Of a stretch of 64,000 nt of DNA, positions 1-13,619 are shown piece after piece. The translations under genes were made by a program, and so were the position numbers. The notes below the pieces were generated by a model. It made no database searches. It was not told where the DNA came from and saw only the letters and a list, made by a program, of their open reading frames with translations. Source of the DNA: Octopus vulgaris (lineage: Eukaryota); the NCBI GenBank assembly GCA_951406725.2, contig OX597816.1:75330001-75394000 (forward strand), written 5' to 3'. Within the stretch, counting starts at the first letter, position 1; each line of letters begins with the position of its first letter.

Positions 1-1609
1 CATTTGAACTTGATTGTTGTCATTATATACTCTTGTTCTGTTGTCTTTCTCCTTTGTTAGATTTTATTTTTGTTATTCTTGTCTTTTTTTGTTTTGTTTT
101 TTTTTTCTTTTAATATAACAGACCATATCTAATTGAAATTGTCCCAGTTTGGCTATTTTGTTTTAATCAACTTGTCTTGTTTTTGTTTTCTTTCATTTCT
201 CTCTCATCAGGCAGTGTCAAGTTTTATATCTTACTCTGTTATCTACTGAATATTGATGATTGAAAGAAAATAGTTGATAAATTGATTAATGATAATAAAT
301 AAAATGTATTGAATGTGTCCAGTGCTACTCATCAAATTGTTTATGGCATTTGCATGCATCTTATGCATTCACACATAAGGTGACAGAATGTGCTTCCTTT
401 ATTATGAGTTAACATTTTCTTACTGTTCAGTGTCTTGAAAGAAGAATGAAGTCTAACCACAGTTAGTTCTTTATTTAGGACTGTTTTAGGTAACTGTACG
501 GTAATAATGCTTTTGAATGCAGTTCTTGTTTTGTATTCCACAAATCAAGGAAAAAGTTATTCTGTCTTATGTATTTTTTAATGTCTTCTACATTCTAACT
601 TCCTGATCACCCTTACTTAAAAGCCGTTTTCCAGTTCCTGTGGTATTCTGCTATTCAGATCTTCTAATAGACTATAGAGGTTCTCTTATTTTGTGTTTGC
701 TAACACATTCTAGGTAAATGAGAGTCTATGGCCAATTAACCAGATTTTATGATATTCTGTTGCTTTACAATCCTGTGCCATGCTCACCAATTATTTATGG
801 GACATTGAAAATTTTGGAAATATTTCTTGATACTTGACTATTCTAATTTTCATGCATATCATACCATGTGTTGGTATAACATAGTTTCTTCTTCAGTCTT
901 GTGGTCTAATAATTTTGATATACTAAAATATGTTAGAAGATTTTTCACAGGAAACTTAGTCATAGGAGTAAACATTTTAAAAACATACTATAACAAAATA
1001 AAAACAAACAAGAAATTCTATATTAGTCTCCTAAATTTTATTAGCCCTCACTAAAGTTTATTTGACTGTTGTAGATCATGAAAGCATAAAGTTATTAGTC
1101 AGCAGTTATTAAGTTTGTTAAATATTTCAAAGAATTACAGTATGCTTCACTGATTTAATATAGTACAGCAAAAATAAAATCTCGGCTCTTTAACCAACTG
1201 ATTTTATCAAGTTTTCAATCTTAAATTAATCATCTAAGTTTCCATCATCTAGTGTTGGGCAAATTTCACTTTTGGAAGTTGACAAATACCAGAGAAGTCA
1301 TTGAAATAGTTTAAATATTTTTCTGATGTTGTATAAACATCAAAAAATCTCCAGTTTGCTTAAATAATTGTTTTAATGGCAATGATGACATTTTGGAAGA
1401 AACTGTTTGATGGGTTTGTGAAGTGCAACATCTTTGGTCTTGCAAAAATAATCTTGCCATAAAAAGGTCTTCTGTTTTATTACTGATTTTTATATTGTCA
1501 TCTGTTATAATACAGTAATTGTGTAACTATGAAATTGCAGGAATATTGAATGAGTGTCATGTATTTAATTAATAGTATTCTGCTATAGCGGAATACATAT
1601 ATATGTACA

Positions 1610-3520
1610 TGGTGCAGCAGCATTATAGTCAACTGCTACAAAGGGAAAGGTGATATCTCAGACAGAAATAATTAGAGCTATCAAATTTCTGCAGCAGGTC
1701 ATGAAAGTTACAGAAAGGGTGATAGCACAACTAATTAAGAAGAAAGTTAACTTAGATGAGATGCAGTTTGATCTTGTGTCAGGGTAAAGCACTACTGATG
1801 TTATCTCCATTGTAAGGCAACTGCAGGAGAAGCACTTAGCAAAAAAAATAAACTGTTATATTTGGCATTTGTCAACATGAAGAAAGCTTTTGATAAGGTA
1901 TCTCACTCATCTTATAGCCAAAGCCATGTACAGGGATGCTTTCAGTAAGGTGATAGTTGGCATTGAGTACTGTGACAAATTTAGTGTGCAGGTATGAGTT
2001 CATGAAGGATCAATTCTTAGCCTCCTCTTGTTTATCATAGTCCTCCAGGCCATAACTGAGGAATTTAAAACTGGTTCCCTTTGATAGCTCTTCTATGCCG
2101 ATGACCTTGTTCTTATAGCTGAATTTCTATTGGAGAATAAATCTCAGGTGTAGAAACAAGGGCTGGAATCTAAGGGCCTTAAAGTTTATTTAGCAAAGAT
2201 CAAATTACTAGTAAGCAGGAAAAGAAAACAGACAAATTATTAATCCCTTCATGGAAATGGTCCTGTTCAACAAGTAAAAAAGATGTAGGTAAAAATTCCA
2301 TTTGGTGTATCCAGTGCAAGCTATAAATGCATTGAAGATGCAGTGGAATCACAGGAAGATTAACAAAGAAACTAATCTTTGTGTATGGTAAATTTGCAGG
2401 AAATAGATTTCCTCACATGTGCAAGGGAATTCTTAGAGGTATTAGATAGTTTTCATTACATTGGTCACCAAATTAGCAATGACAGAGATAGCTCTGAAAG
2501 CATAGTTGCTAGAATAAGAACTAGCTGGGCAAAGTTCAGAGAGCTGTTACCTTAGTTGGGAACAAAGGGACTCTCCTTCAGAGTGAAAGGCTGACTGTAT
2601 GATGCCTGTACATAGACAGCTATGATACACAGCAGCATAACATGGGCTGTGTCTGCAGAGGATATGCAAAGGCTTGATGGAAATGAAGCCTGCATGTGCT
2701 GTGTTATTGAGCATGTACAACAAAGTGCAAACGTTTTAAGAAAGAAATTGGACATAAGAGGCATCAGATGTAGTGTGGATGAGGACACTGCATAAGGAAG
2801 TGCCAACCTCTAAATGTGGAGGGGACCTGTAGAAGAGGAGAACCCAGGAAGAGGTAGGATAAGTGGTGAGAAATAATCTTTTACCATTCAGTGAAAGATC
2901 ATCGAGCTTCACAGTGGAAATGAAGGATCAAGACAACTGGCAATATGCTGTGTTTGAGAAAACCCACATGGCAAAGTAAAATTCATGTCCATGGCCCCCT
3001 CATGTGTTCACCTACATGCATGCAGTATGCCTTGTTAAATTCCTTCTCCACCTCTAGCTCCTATTCTCCTTTTGAAATCTTGTGAACTCACCCACCTCCC
3101 ACCATCTCAAATCCCTTGTCCACTCCACTATATACACCACCCTGTAACTTGACTGTATGGTTCCTATTTCCTCTCTGTCACATCTTTACCATCTTTCTCT
3201 CCTCTCCCTTTCTTTTCCATTTGAGGAAGCCCTGTCTCTCTTCTAATTCAAAGCACCTTTCAATACTACAGCCCACATTTGAAGAGTCTTGTCCTGCAAG
3301 TTACTTGATAACCTCACTGCTGCCTGTGTCACATAAAAAGCACCTGTTACCCTCTTTAAAGTGGTTGGCATTAGGAAGAACATCTAGCCATACAAACCAT
3401 GCCTAAACAGACTGCAGGGCTTGATGTAGTCTTCTGACTTGCCTGATCCTATCAAACTGTCCATCCCATGCCAGTATGGAAAACAGATGTTAAATAATGA
3501 TGATGATAATGATGATGACA
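1610..3520 (+). mobile_element. Degraded, 5'-truncated RTE-clade LINE (RT remnant, 3' UTR, (GAT)n tail)
   Basis: Broken RT motifs: DEMQF (~1755), AFVNMKKAFDKV (~1865-1900), VHEGSILSLLLF (~1998-2035) and FYADDLV (~2091-2111). It ends with the common octopus-type tail ...gtggttggcattaggaag...ccatgccagtatggaaaacagatgttaaataatgatgat. Confidence 0.8.
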
Positions 3521-4530
3521 ATATATATATAATTAGAACTGTGTCAGTAGTATGCCCTAAATACACTCTTGCTATATATGTGTGTTTTCAAGTATGTAGC
3601 AGACTATATTCTGATTAACCTCTGTGTGTACAAGTGTGTGTGTGTATATAAGTTGCACACTATGAATATATCCTCCTGATTTATATGTTTATAAGTACGT
3701 GTGTAGCATGTACTTGATACAGTAATAGTATTGGCCAAATATGAACTAATAAATACTGATTAATTAGATAAATGCCGTACATCTAATGTATTACATTGTA
3801 TCTTGCATTCACAACTTAGGTAATTAATATGTAGATGTTTAATGATAGAAGTAAATAAAAGCTGATCTTTTGAGTTGTATGTCCATCAATCAGCTAACAA
3901 CGTGTCAATGTTTACATAAAGTATGCAGTGTTTATGAAAGAACTAAGCAGATATTGCTGGCTAAAAGATATAATATAAATTTCTAATATATGATGGTAGT
4001 AGGAAAATAGTTGAAAATTGAAGAGAGAAAAAAAACAGTTGATATAGAAGCATTTGGAGGAAACTGGTTTAACCGTGACTGTTGCTAGGTTAGAAATGGC
4101 AGTTAAAAAAATTAGAGTACGTTATTTTAAAGACCTGTGACTGTAGCAGGAAGTTGTCAAGGATTTGTATTTGTTAAGGACTATAAAGCAGAACAATATA
4201 ATTTATGCCAACAGAGGAAAATATAACTTTGATGAATCTAATAACAGTAATGATAATTTCTAACATCGGTATTGATTACACATCTGGAAGGGAATATAAT
4301 CCATTACATCTACCCCCCAGTGCTTGCCTTATACACGTTTTATTGACCACACAGGGACAAAAGTCAAAGCTGACTTTAGTGGGATTTGAACTCATAACAT
4401 ACATTATCATAACTAAAGAGAGCAAAGCATTTGATCCTTTCAATGCAATTATAATAATAACAGAGAAATATTAGCTTTTTAGTGATCTCATGCATGTGGA
4501 TGGTCTTAAGTTGCACAAGGAATATGAGTA

Positions 4531-4969
4531 GAGGCTGTGAGACATTCTGAAAATGGTAAAAATGTACATCAGAATAGAATTAGAGCTTGACAACTGTGTC
4601 AAAATGTTGTCATTTTGACACAGATATTCAAAACAGTTAAGCTTGTTGAGTTTTGAGTTTAGAAAAAGTCATGATGAGGAACAAGACTACCATAAAAATC
4701 ATTGATCAGAATATGGTGTATAAATATTTTGTCATTCATCAATTTAATGAACACAGCAAGATAACTGAGATCATTACATAAGAATACTATTGCACAAATA
4801 TATATAGTGTATTATGGTAGTCTTGTTCCTCGTCATGACTTTTTCTAGACTCAACAAGCTTAACTGTTTTGAATATCTGTGTCAAAATGACAACATTTTG
4901 ACACAGTTGTCAAGCTCTAATTCTATTCTGATGTACATTTTTACCATTTTCAGAATGTCTCACAGCCTC
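4531..4969. mobile_element. Tc1/mariner-type MITE with ~160-bp terminal inverted repeats
   Basis: 4531-4695 is the near-perfect reverse complement of 4812-4969 (gaggctgtgagacattctg... / ...cagaatgtctcacagcctc). TA lies on both sides (4529-4530, 4970-4971). No ORF. Confidence 0.85.
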
Positions 4970-6029
4970 TATATAGCTGGCTTATTAAGATAAGATTATT
5001 ACAATGATTATTTCAATTACAACACTAATGTACAGACTAATGTACACTTTAAAAACCAACTGTTTCTTTCTTGCTACTCCTTCTACAATGAAGTAGATCT
5101 GTTACTGGACTACAAGATCATAGGTCTGGAGTTCAAATCCATTGCATATGTACTGGTATATATTTGGGCAGCTAAAATAATTTAATGTTTGCACAGTGAT
5201 AGAAATTAGGTTCTAGAACATCCAAGAATATTATTTATAATAAATTGGTGTGTTATCTAAAGGTGGGGAACCATGTCCTATCTGTCTCATGAAACCAGAA
5301 ATCAGAACTATGTGTTGACACTTAAAAGTCACTCACAGCTGAGATAACAGTTTAATTTTGTCGTGTATTTTAGTTCCATAATATATATGTAGAAACTGCT
5401 TGCAGTCCTGAAAAAGAGATACACTATTAATCCAATAAATCCATAAGTGAGAAAGTTATTACATGGGAAAATTATGATGTGAGCAATAATCCAGAAAAGT
5501 AGTTGTGAACAAAACAGACTAGATACGATGGCAACATGTGCTGTAGTTTTCTAAAAGTTAATTGCTCTAGATAAAACTTAACTGTTGCAAGTGTCTTTAA
5601 AAAACATTTCTTTGTTTTATTTTTTCTAATTCAATGTAAGGGTTACACTTGGTTGATCATTATTTTTTTTTAGAAAAGTTATTTATGTACTAATTAGGAG
5701 AATGCAGGTGGTTGATGTTAAGAAATGATACCCTTATGTGACAAGAACATGTAACTATCTAAAGCCCCAGTCTACATAACTGTAAATAGGACATATAACT
5801 TAGTAACAGCTCATTGCTGCTCATAAGAGTAGCAGTCCACTGTAAAACCAGTGAGTGCTTTGTATTCTTGTGGATATATATAACATGGAGAGTAATTGGT
5901 GTCACAGAATACTGGTAATATCAAATGGGAGGCACTTGGCTCCCAGAGGAGGAATTTTAACCAGGGAAAAATTGAAGAGGAACTTCTGTCAAAGAAGGAT
6001 CTCCAAACTAGAAAAAATTGTGCTGTGTA

Positions 6030-6094
<65 letters not shown>

Positions 6095-6531
6095 AAAGGT
6101 TGAGTTCTATTTCATCCTTTACTTTGGGAGGGGGGGGGGGGGTTCCAAAGGTAAATTTCTAATAAAAATTCTTCATATTACATTGGTAGCTTACTGTTGT
6201 AAGTATTTTTCGAATATGAAAATGTTACAAGTATAAGGTGTGTTATGAGCATTTATAGAAAATGTATTCTATAGAAACTCAACAAACAATTAAAAGATGG
6301 AGAAGAGAAGGTGTTAAAAGTTTTTAAAGATTTCAACCCATGCATACAATTGTTTCAAACAGTAATATTAACATGTAAATAACATGGTTAATAATCAGAA
6401 ATTAATCTAATTATAATTAAATTATTTACATATTATTGTTCTCCTCAGTGCAAAAAAGAATATACCTGCAGAATATCATATTGTTACAGAAGATGGAGTG
6501 AGTGTCATATAACATGTTTGGATAGGCATAA

Positions 6532-6811
6532 TCTTTATATATAAAACTGAAGTTGTGTGTGTGAGAGTCTGTCTCCTCCGATTTAGATTCCTAACTACTC
6601 CCATAGTCTTATAGTCGTGATTCATATTGAGCCCTTCTGGGTATTAGTGCACGTCTACGATGAGTCTACGATTTAAAAAAAAATTTACCATCATATTTTC
6701 GCATTTTTAATGCATTTTTTGCTCGGTTTATATAAGGGAAGTAACTCTCTAAAAATGCTTATATAGTTGTTTCCCTTACAAACCCGAGCAACGTCGGCGC
6801 GATACTGCTAG
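6532..6811 (+). mobile_element. Short non-autonomous Helitron-like element
   Basis: Starts A|TCTTTATATATAAAA and ends ...CCGAgcaacgTCGG...CTAG|T. This gives a TC start, a subterminal hairpin, a CTAG end and insertion between A and T with no TSD. Confidence 0.65.
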
Positions 6812-7017
6812 TATACTTATAAAAGATAAAAACATGCCAAGATACTGTTGAGTCTAGTTGTGTATGAACTATAACTGATGTGGCTAATGGCTGTTTGAAA
6901 ATGTAAATGAAAAATGTTTAAGAATCATTTTCTTTGTATGAAGATAAGTAATTAAGTGATATACATTCCATATGAAGCATTTATCATAAGTAAAATATAA
7001 TATATATTTATATATAT

Positions 7018-7135
<118 letters not shown>

Positions 7136-7904
7136 AATAAATAATAAGCATCCAATGGGACAGCATAGCTATATTTAAATTTATATTTGATTTTGACAGT
7201 TATGAGTGGTATATAATGAAAATAAAACAGAAATTGTTTTAAAAATTCTTTAAATAAGAAATACGAATAGTTAATATAATTTTATATAAGTTACTTGAAT
7301 TTCAAATGAAAACAAAGATTTAGGGTTGTGAGGGAGTAATTATTAAGTTAATATAATGGGAAGAAAGATTTATTATTAGTTAAAAAGCATTATATTCATT
7401 TGTGTGAAATAAGTCTAAAAGGACTAAAAAAAAAAAAGAATAGTAGTTAATATTACAGAATTGGGAAAGAAAATACTTGCTACGGTTAAAATTATTAAAA
7501 AAGAACATGGTGATAAAAGAAAGTGTTTTTGAGAGGTTGAGTATGGTAACAATGTAGAGGAGATAAGACTATGATAAATTCGTAAGAAAGATTTTTTGAA
7601 AAATTTCACGTTTCTATATTTTAATGTTAACTGTGTTAGATATAAAAAAAATTACTATATAAGTTGAGAATCTAGTTTTGCATAAAAGAGATAAAAATCC
7701 ATATTGATATTTTTATAAATAATTTTCTAACTTATATAACGTGAAAATCCGTTGTGATATAAGGTAAAAGAATCTGTAGTGATATTTTTATAGATAATTT
7801 TCTAACTTATATAGCGTAGTGGTGAAAGTGAATGTAAGAAAAAGTATTTTTATTATTAAGGAGTGATAGGTGCGAAAAAATAAGTACATTAAAGATACGA
7901 GAAA

Positions 7905-8733
7905 TTGGTATGGTCATGTGGCGAGAATGGATGAAGATAGTTGTGTGAAAAAGTGCCACACCCTAGCGGTTGAGGGAACCTGTGGAAGAGGCAGACCCAG
8001 GAAAACCTGGGACGAGGTGGTGAAGCACGACCTTCGAACTTTAGGTCTCACTGAGGAAATGACTAGAGACCGAGACCTCTGGAAGTGTGCTGTGCGCGAG
8101 AAGACCCGGCAGGACAAGTGAGTCCACAACCCGTGGCCTTCTACATGGGATGGAGCCAGCCTACGTATGCATACCTTCCCTTCTTGGGACACAAAACTCT
8201 ACTTGTGAAGACGTGTTGAGGCAAGTGAGGATCAGAATCGAAATCGATCAATGGAAATTGTGGATGTGCTACCAGTGCCGGTGGCATGTCGAAACTCTGC
8301 TTGTGAAGACCCATTGAGGCAAGTGAGGATCAGAATCGAAATCGATCAATGGAAATCGATCAATGGAAATTGCAGATGTGTTACCAGTGCCGGTGGCATG
8401 TAAGAGAACTTTCCGTTTCGCGACCGTTGCCAGCACCGCCCCGTTTCGTGTCCGTTGCCAGCCTCACCTGGCCCTCGTGCCGGTGGCACATAAAAAGCAC
8501 CATCCGTTCGTGGCCATTTGCCAGCTCTGTCTGGCACCAGTGCGGGTGGCACGTAAAAAGCACCCACTACACTCACGGAGTGGTTGGCGTTAGGAAGGGC
8601 ATCCAGCCGTAGAAACACTGCCAGATTTGACTGGGCCTGATGAAGCCTTCTGGCTTCACAGACCCCAGCAGAACCGTCCAACCCATGCTAGCATGGAAAA
8701 CGGACGCTAAATGATGATGATGATGATGATGAT
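7905..8733 (+). mobile_element. Young 5'-truncated RTE-clade LINE 3' end (ORF C-terminus plus GC-rich modular 3' UTR)
   Basis: WYGHVARMDEDSCVKKCHTLAVEGTCGRGRPRKTWDEVVKHDL is the typical RTE ORF C-terminus (W.GHV.R...G.R.RGRP...W). It has a CpG-rich UTR with an internal ~100-bp duplication and a (GAT)n tail at ~8712-8733. Confidence 0.85.
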
Positions 8734-9754
8734 AAAATCTCCTATATAAGAGAATAATATTATTTCAAAATATGTATGTATATATATATATATATATATA
8801 TTGTATACTTGATGCATTTAAAAGGAAAAAAATCTTCGAAATAAAATAAAAAGATATGTGCATTATGTATATATATATATACACTTGTGTACATATGTAG
8901 GTATATACATCCATATATCTGTGTATAATAATATGTATATGACATGGATATATATAAACTTTATAAGTTTTATAAGTAAAATATAGAATATAATGTATAA
9001 TATATTAATTATATTAATCGGTGTTAATATAAAGTTGAAAAAACATTAGAAGCAGTAATAATAATGATAAATAAATAAAAATGATATTAATGATAATAAC
9101 GAGAAAAAAAGTGGAAATGCTATAAATCTATTTGTATGTATAACCCCCCAAAAAATCTTTTTAAAACTATATCTATGTGTACATTTTGTGGAAGTGATTG
9201 TAGTGCACCAAGAAGTACTATAAGTATAAGCATATATCATCTGTAAGCTTTTGATTAATATCAGATAGAAACCCTAAATAATTTTAAAAAAATTTTTAAT
9301 GAAAAAAGTAAAATAAAAAATTGGGATAGTTAAGAGAGGTAGTCTTTTTTTTAAAAATACATATTATAGAAATGGAATAGGTTATGAATAAGAAGGAAGA
9401 AAAAAGGGGAAAAGATAATGAAAAATGATATGCGAGGGTAAAATAGTTACTGAAATAGTATTGAAAGGTATTTGCATATATCAATAGCAAAAAGTAAAAA
9501 AATATCATACAGATCGGCAAAAGGAAATTATGATAATTATAACTAATAATATTTAGAATAGGTGAGAGAGGGGTGTATCTAAGTTCTTATTGTAAAAAAA
9601 AAAAAAAATTACAAACAAATAATGTATATATATATATGTATGTATGTATGCGTGTGTGTGTGTGTGTGTATATTAAGTAAAGGTCCAAAAATAGTCAAAA
9701 ATATATATTGAGAAAAAGAGGAAGGTATATGAATATTTGGTATAGGTGTTATAT

Positions 9755-10179
9755 TAATGAAATGCTCTGCAGCATTTCTTTCAGTTTTATCTTCTGAGTT
9801 CAAATTTCATCAAGGTCAATTTTGCATTTCAACCTTTTGGAGTCAATGAAATAAGTATCAGTTAAGCACTGTGGTCGATGTAATTGGCTTATCCCCTTCT
9901 CCAAACTTGCTGGCCTTGTATCAAAATTTGAAACCATTATTATAATATTATTATCATTATTATTGAAGGCAGTGAACTGGCAGAATTGTTAGCATGCCAG
10001 GCAAAATGCTTAGCAGCATTTCATCCATCTTCATATTCAGAATTCAAATTTCTCTGAGGTTGACTTTACCTTTCATCCTTTCAGGGTCAATAAATTAAGT
10101 ACAAGTCAAGTACTGGGATTGATGTGATCAATTATCCCACTCCCCACAAACTCCAGGCCTTGTGCCTACAGTAGAAAGG

Positions 10180-10235
<56 letters not shown>

Positions 10236-10435
10236 GGCAGCGAGCTGGCAGAATTGTTAGCACACTGGGCGAAATGCTTAGTGGTATTTCATCTGTCACT
10301 ACATTCTGAGTTCAAATTCAGCCGAGGTTGACTTTGCCTTTCATCCTTTCAGGTTTGATAACTTAAGTACCAGTTATGCACTGGGGTCAATGTAATCGAC
10401 TAGTCCTCCCCTCACCCAAATTTCAGGCTTTGTGT
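9755..10435 (+). mobile_element. Three head-to-tail copies of a tRNA-derived SINE (Meta-domain-like core) separated by (TTA)n
   Basis: Repeated motif aaggcagcgagctggcagaattgttagc...ctgagttcaaatt...gttgactttgcctttcatcctttcagggtcgataaattaagtacc at ~9760-9935 (partial), 9966-10180 and 10234-10435. (TTA)n at ~9936-9965 and 10180-10233. Confidence 0.85.
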
Positions 10436-11490
10436 CTTTTGTATGTGAGCAGTTGTGGTCACCATTTGTTGAACACACTTTTCTGCAGCTCGTCTCCTTG
10501 ACAGAGCCACAGTACTGGATCAGGCATAGACTGAGGCAGGGTGCTTGGCACCTAGAGTGTCTCCGAGTGCTCTCAGCCTGTCAGGCAATGTGGTCGGTAG
10601 AAGTTCCACCTTGGAGTTCTATAGGGGATTAATGGAGGGCAAGGGTGATGACATACTCAGACAGGTCCTGGTGTTGAGGAGGATCAACTGGCTGGTCTCT
10701 TCCGGAGGACTTTCAGGCCGGGAACAATGGATAACTTTCATAAATCCCTGGCCTGGCAGTGCTACCGAGGAGTGCTGCCAGTCCAAGATAAGCTCTATAG
10801 GCACGGGTGTGCAGTCAGTCAGTCTGAGATGCATACAGAGCAATGAAACCATTCTGTATGCTCTAGTACAGTACTTGCACATTGCTGACTTGTGGAGCTT
10901 TGTCAAACAGTTATTGTTGCATGTAAGGTGGATCTGGCTATCATCCAAGTCCATTATGAAGCTCGCCCTGCCTTCTTCCTTTGGCCAAGAAGGGAGGGCA
11001 ATTTTTCTCTGTCTGGTGGCTATGGCAAAAGAGATTGTGTGGTGGACACAATTGAAAGAGTTGAAGACGGATACCTTCCTCTTTGGCCAAGGCCTCATTA
11101 ACTTTTTCAGGTTCCACCTGAAAAGGAAAGTGAGGCTGGAGAGGGAGGTACTGTCACCCAGTAAGTTCATTGAAAGGTGGGTGAATGTGGCAAGAATGGC
11201 CCATGTGAATGGGCCTACTCTAAGTGTGTGCCTGTAGGCCAGAAGGAAAGAAGAAGAAAGGGTGCCTTCCTGAGGAGCCATTGGTGTTAAGCGGTCCAAA
11301 GTGAATGCCTCTTTGCTCACCTTATGGTGGAACTCCCCACTGTTGGGGAAGTATATTGTTGATTTAATCTCTTTGTTAATTGTGTTTGTTGGCTGTTTAC
11401 ACATTTAACCTCACTGTCCCTCGTCTGTGTATTGTCCTCTATGTTTTGTGTTCAGCCCTGGTGGCCAGTAAAGAAAGAATTATTATTATT
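10436..11490 (+). mobile_element. 5'-truncated Tx1/L1-clade LINE (ORF2 C-terminus plus 3' UTR)
   Basis: The 230-aa ORF 10545-11237 has a decayed L1-type C-terminal zinc-knuckle region (SLRCIQSNETILYALVQY) and ends ...FFRFHLKRKVRLERE...F.ERW. The 3' UTR ends cagccctggtggccagtaaagaaagaa(TTA)n. Confidence 0.65.
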
Positions 11491-11636
11491 CTTATTATTA
11501 TCATCATCATTAGATTCTCTTCTTTCAATTTTGTTTCCATCTCTTGCTTAGTGTCTTCCTAGTTCCTAAAGCAAAGAATCTCAGTGTATACGTTGATAGG
11601 CCCTTAAAATAATTACACCAGATTGTTTATTTGTGT

Positions 11637-11862
11637 GGCGGTACATGGCCTAATGGTTAGAGCAGTGAAGGGATTGCGGGTTCAAATCTCAGACTGGGTG
11701 ATATGTGCATTTATGAGAGAAACACCTAAGCTCCATGTAGCTCTGGCAGAAAGTAATGGCGAACTTCTGCTAACTCTTTCCTCCTACATCTAGCAGCTCA
11801 CCTGCGATGGCCCACCAGCCCTTATGAGCCAGGTATGGCTAGAGAAGGAACAAACAACAACA
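11637..11862 (+). mobile_element. tRNA-derived SINE (family C); related copies at ~13418-13530, 47117-47460 and 63288-63530
   Basis: A/B-box-like head ggcggtacatggcctaatggttagagc...gggttcaaatctcagactggg with an (ACA)n-like tail. The same head recurs at the listed loci. Confidence 0.7.
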
Positions 11863-13619
11863 ATATTGTTCATTTACAAAATCAAATAAAGTTATGTAGA
11901 GAAAAATTATTTACACGGATGATAATCGTTCTCACAGTGACCATGCTCTTCTCAATACATATGGCATATTATTATTATTATTATTATTATTATTATCATT
12001 AAGGCTGTGAAATATAGAAGTGGTGAAGTGCCAGACTAAATGCTTTATTTTATTTAGTTATGTCCCTTTGCTTTATGAATTTAAATTTTACTGAAATTTG
12101 CACCCAAAATTTTATCTCCCTCTAACATGTATGGTCTTATTCCAATCTAAAAAAATTATTTGTATTAGTGATAGAGTTTGGAATTGAAGAAACGGTAGGG
12201 TACCATTACTTAACTACTGCAGTAACCAAGTTCTCTTATGTACTGGATTCAAATCATGCAGAGTTGACAATACCTTTAATCTTTCTGGAGTTCACTACAT
12301 AAATATCAGACATGATCGAGGGTTCATTCAGTGACTGTTTTTCCTTGTCCTGTCTTGTGCTCATCAAATCATCATCACCACAATTATTATCATTGCATCA
12401 TCATTATCATCAGCATCATCATTATTATTGTTTGAAAATTTTTCATTTCATAGGTTTGCAGAATATACAAAAGAAAGTAAGCTATTTAATTTCAGTTTTG
12501 AAGCTTTGGGTCAAGCTTAAATAAATAAACTATTTTCTTTTCTTTTTTTTTATGGCTTTTGCTATTTTTTCATTATTTTTTTTTTTTTTTAATATTTACT
12601 GGTTTTGAATATTTTTTTAAAATGCAATATGGGAAAATTGGCACAAATGGCCAAAAGCTGGTTAGTTTGCTTTAGCTTGATGCTACATGGTCCTGAGTTA
12701 AAATCTCATGGGATCATACTAGCAGAATAAGTAACAGTGATATACTGAGGTGGTGTATATCAACTATTTTTCTTTACAAAAGGTATTTTGGGGAGAAAAA
12801 TGGGAATATGTCTCAGCGACATTTTGGTTGATTGAAGTCTAAAAACTTTTATGTTACATGTTAAGAATTTCTGATGAATGCTGTTCTGTTTGGGTTTTGA
12901 TATAGTTTTGATGTCCAAGAAAAAGAGAATATTGTTTATGACTTGTCAGTGGTAGCTAAAGAGATGAAAACTTAATGGAAGTGAATTTCATAAAAAAGTA
13001 AATAATGGATTGGATGGAGTGATGAAGAGAAAGACAGACAGGCAGACAGAGACTAGTTCGTAGGAAGTTTGATGTAGTAAATATTTTGAAGTGAATGGGA
13101 AGCTGGAGCAATAAGTTGACAAAGAGCAGAATGTGTTTTAAATAAAGAGTTGAGAGACACTACTTGTTGGGTAAGAGTTGAGAAGACACTACATGTTGGT
13201 TAAGAGGCTAGAATACGGATATTATTGTTTATTAATTTAGAAAATGTGTCACCATGTTTCTATGGTGAAAACTTTGGTGAACAAAATGTATGTATGAATG
13301 ACAACAAAGGTGGAGTTTTCATCTCTTGCTTAGTGTCTTCTCAGTTCCTAAAGCAAAGAATCTCAGTGTATTCATTGATAGGCCCTTAAAATAAATACAC
13401 CAGATTGTTTATTTGTGTGGAGGCACATGGCCTGATGGTTAGAGCAGTGAACCGACAGTCGAGGGATTGCAGGTTCAAATCTCAGACTGGATGATGTGTG
13501 CATTTATGAGAGAAATCCCTAAGCTCCATAAGCAAACACTGGTCTATGATGCAGTCCTTGGGCCAATCATTTCCTGTCAAACCAGCCATTCTATACTAGC
13601 ATGGAATAGCCAAACAAAT

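Noticed and set aside
5855-6162. Short + strand ORFs as a candidate ASPH first exon
   Set aside because: They run into microsatellite, with no convincing phase-1 donor or ASPH similarity.
8636-8660. CTGATGA in the RTE tail as a second hammerhead
   Set aside because: No GAAA box after the stem; the sister copy at ~15208 reads CTGGTGCAGCC, so this is a chance variant.
10619-11404. 261-aa minus-strand ORF
   Set aside because: Antisense to the Tx1/L1-like ORF2 fragment; no recognisable domain.
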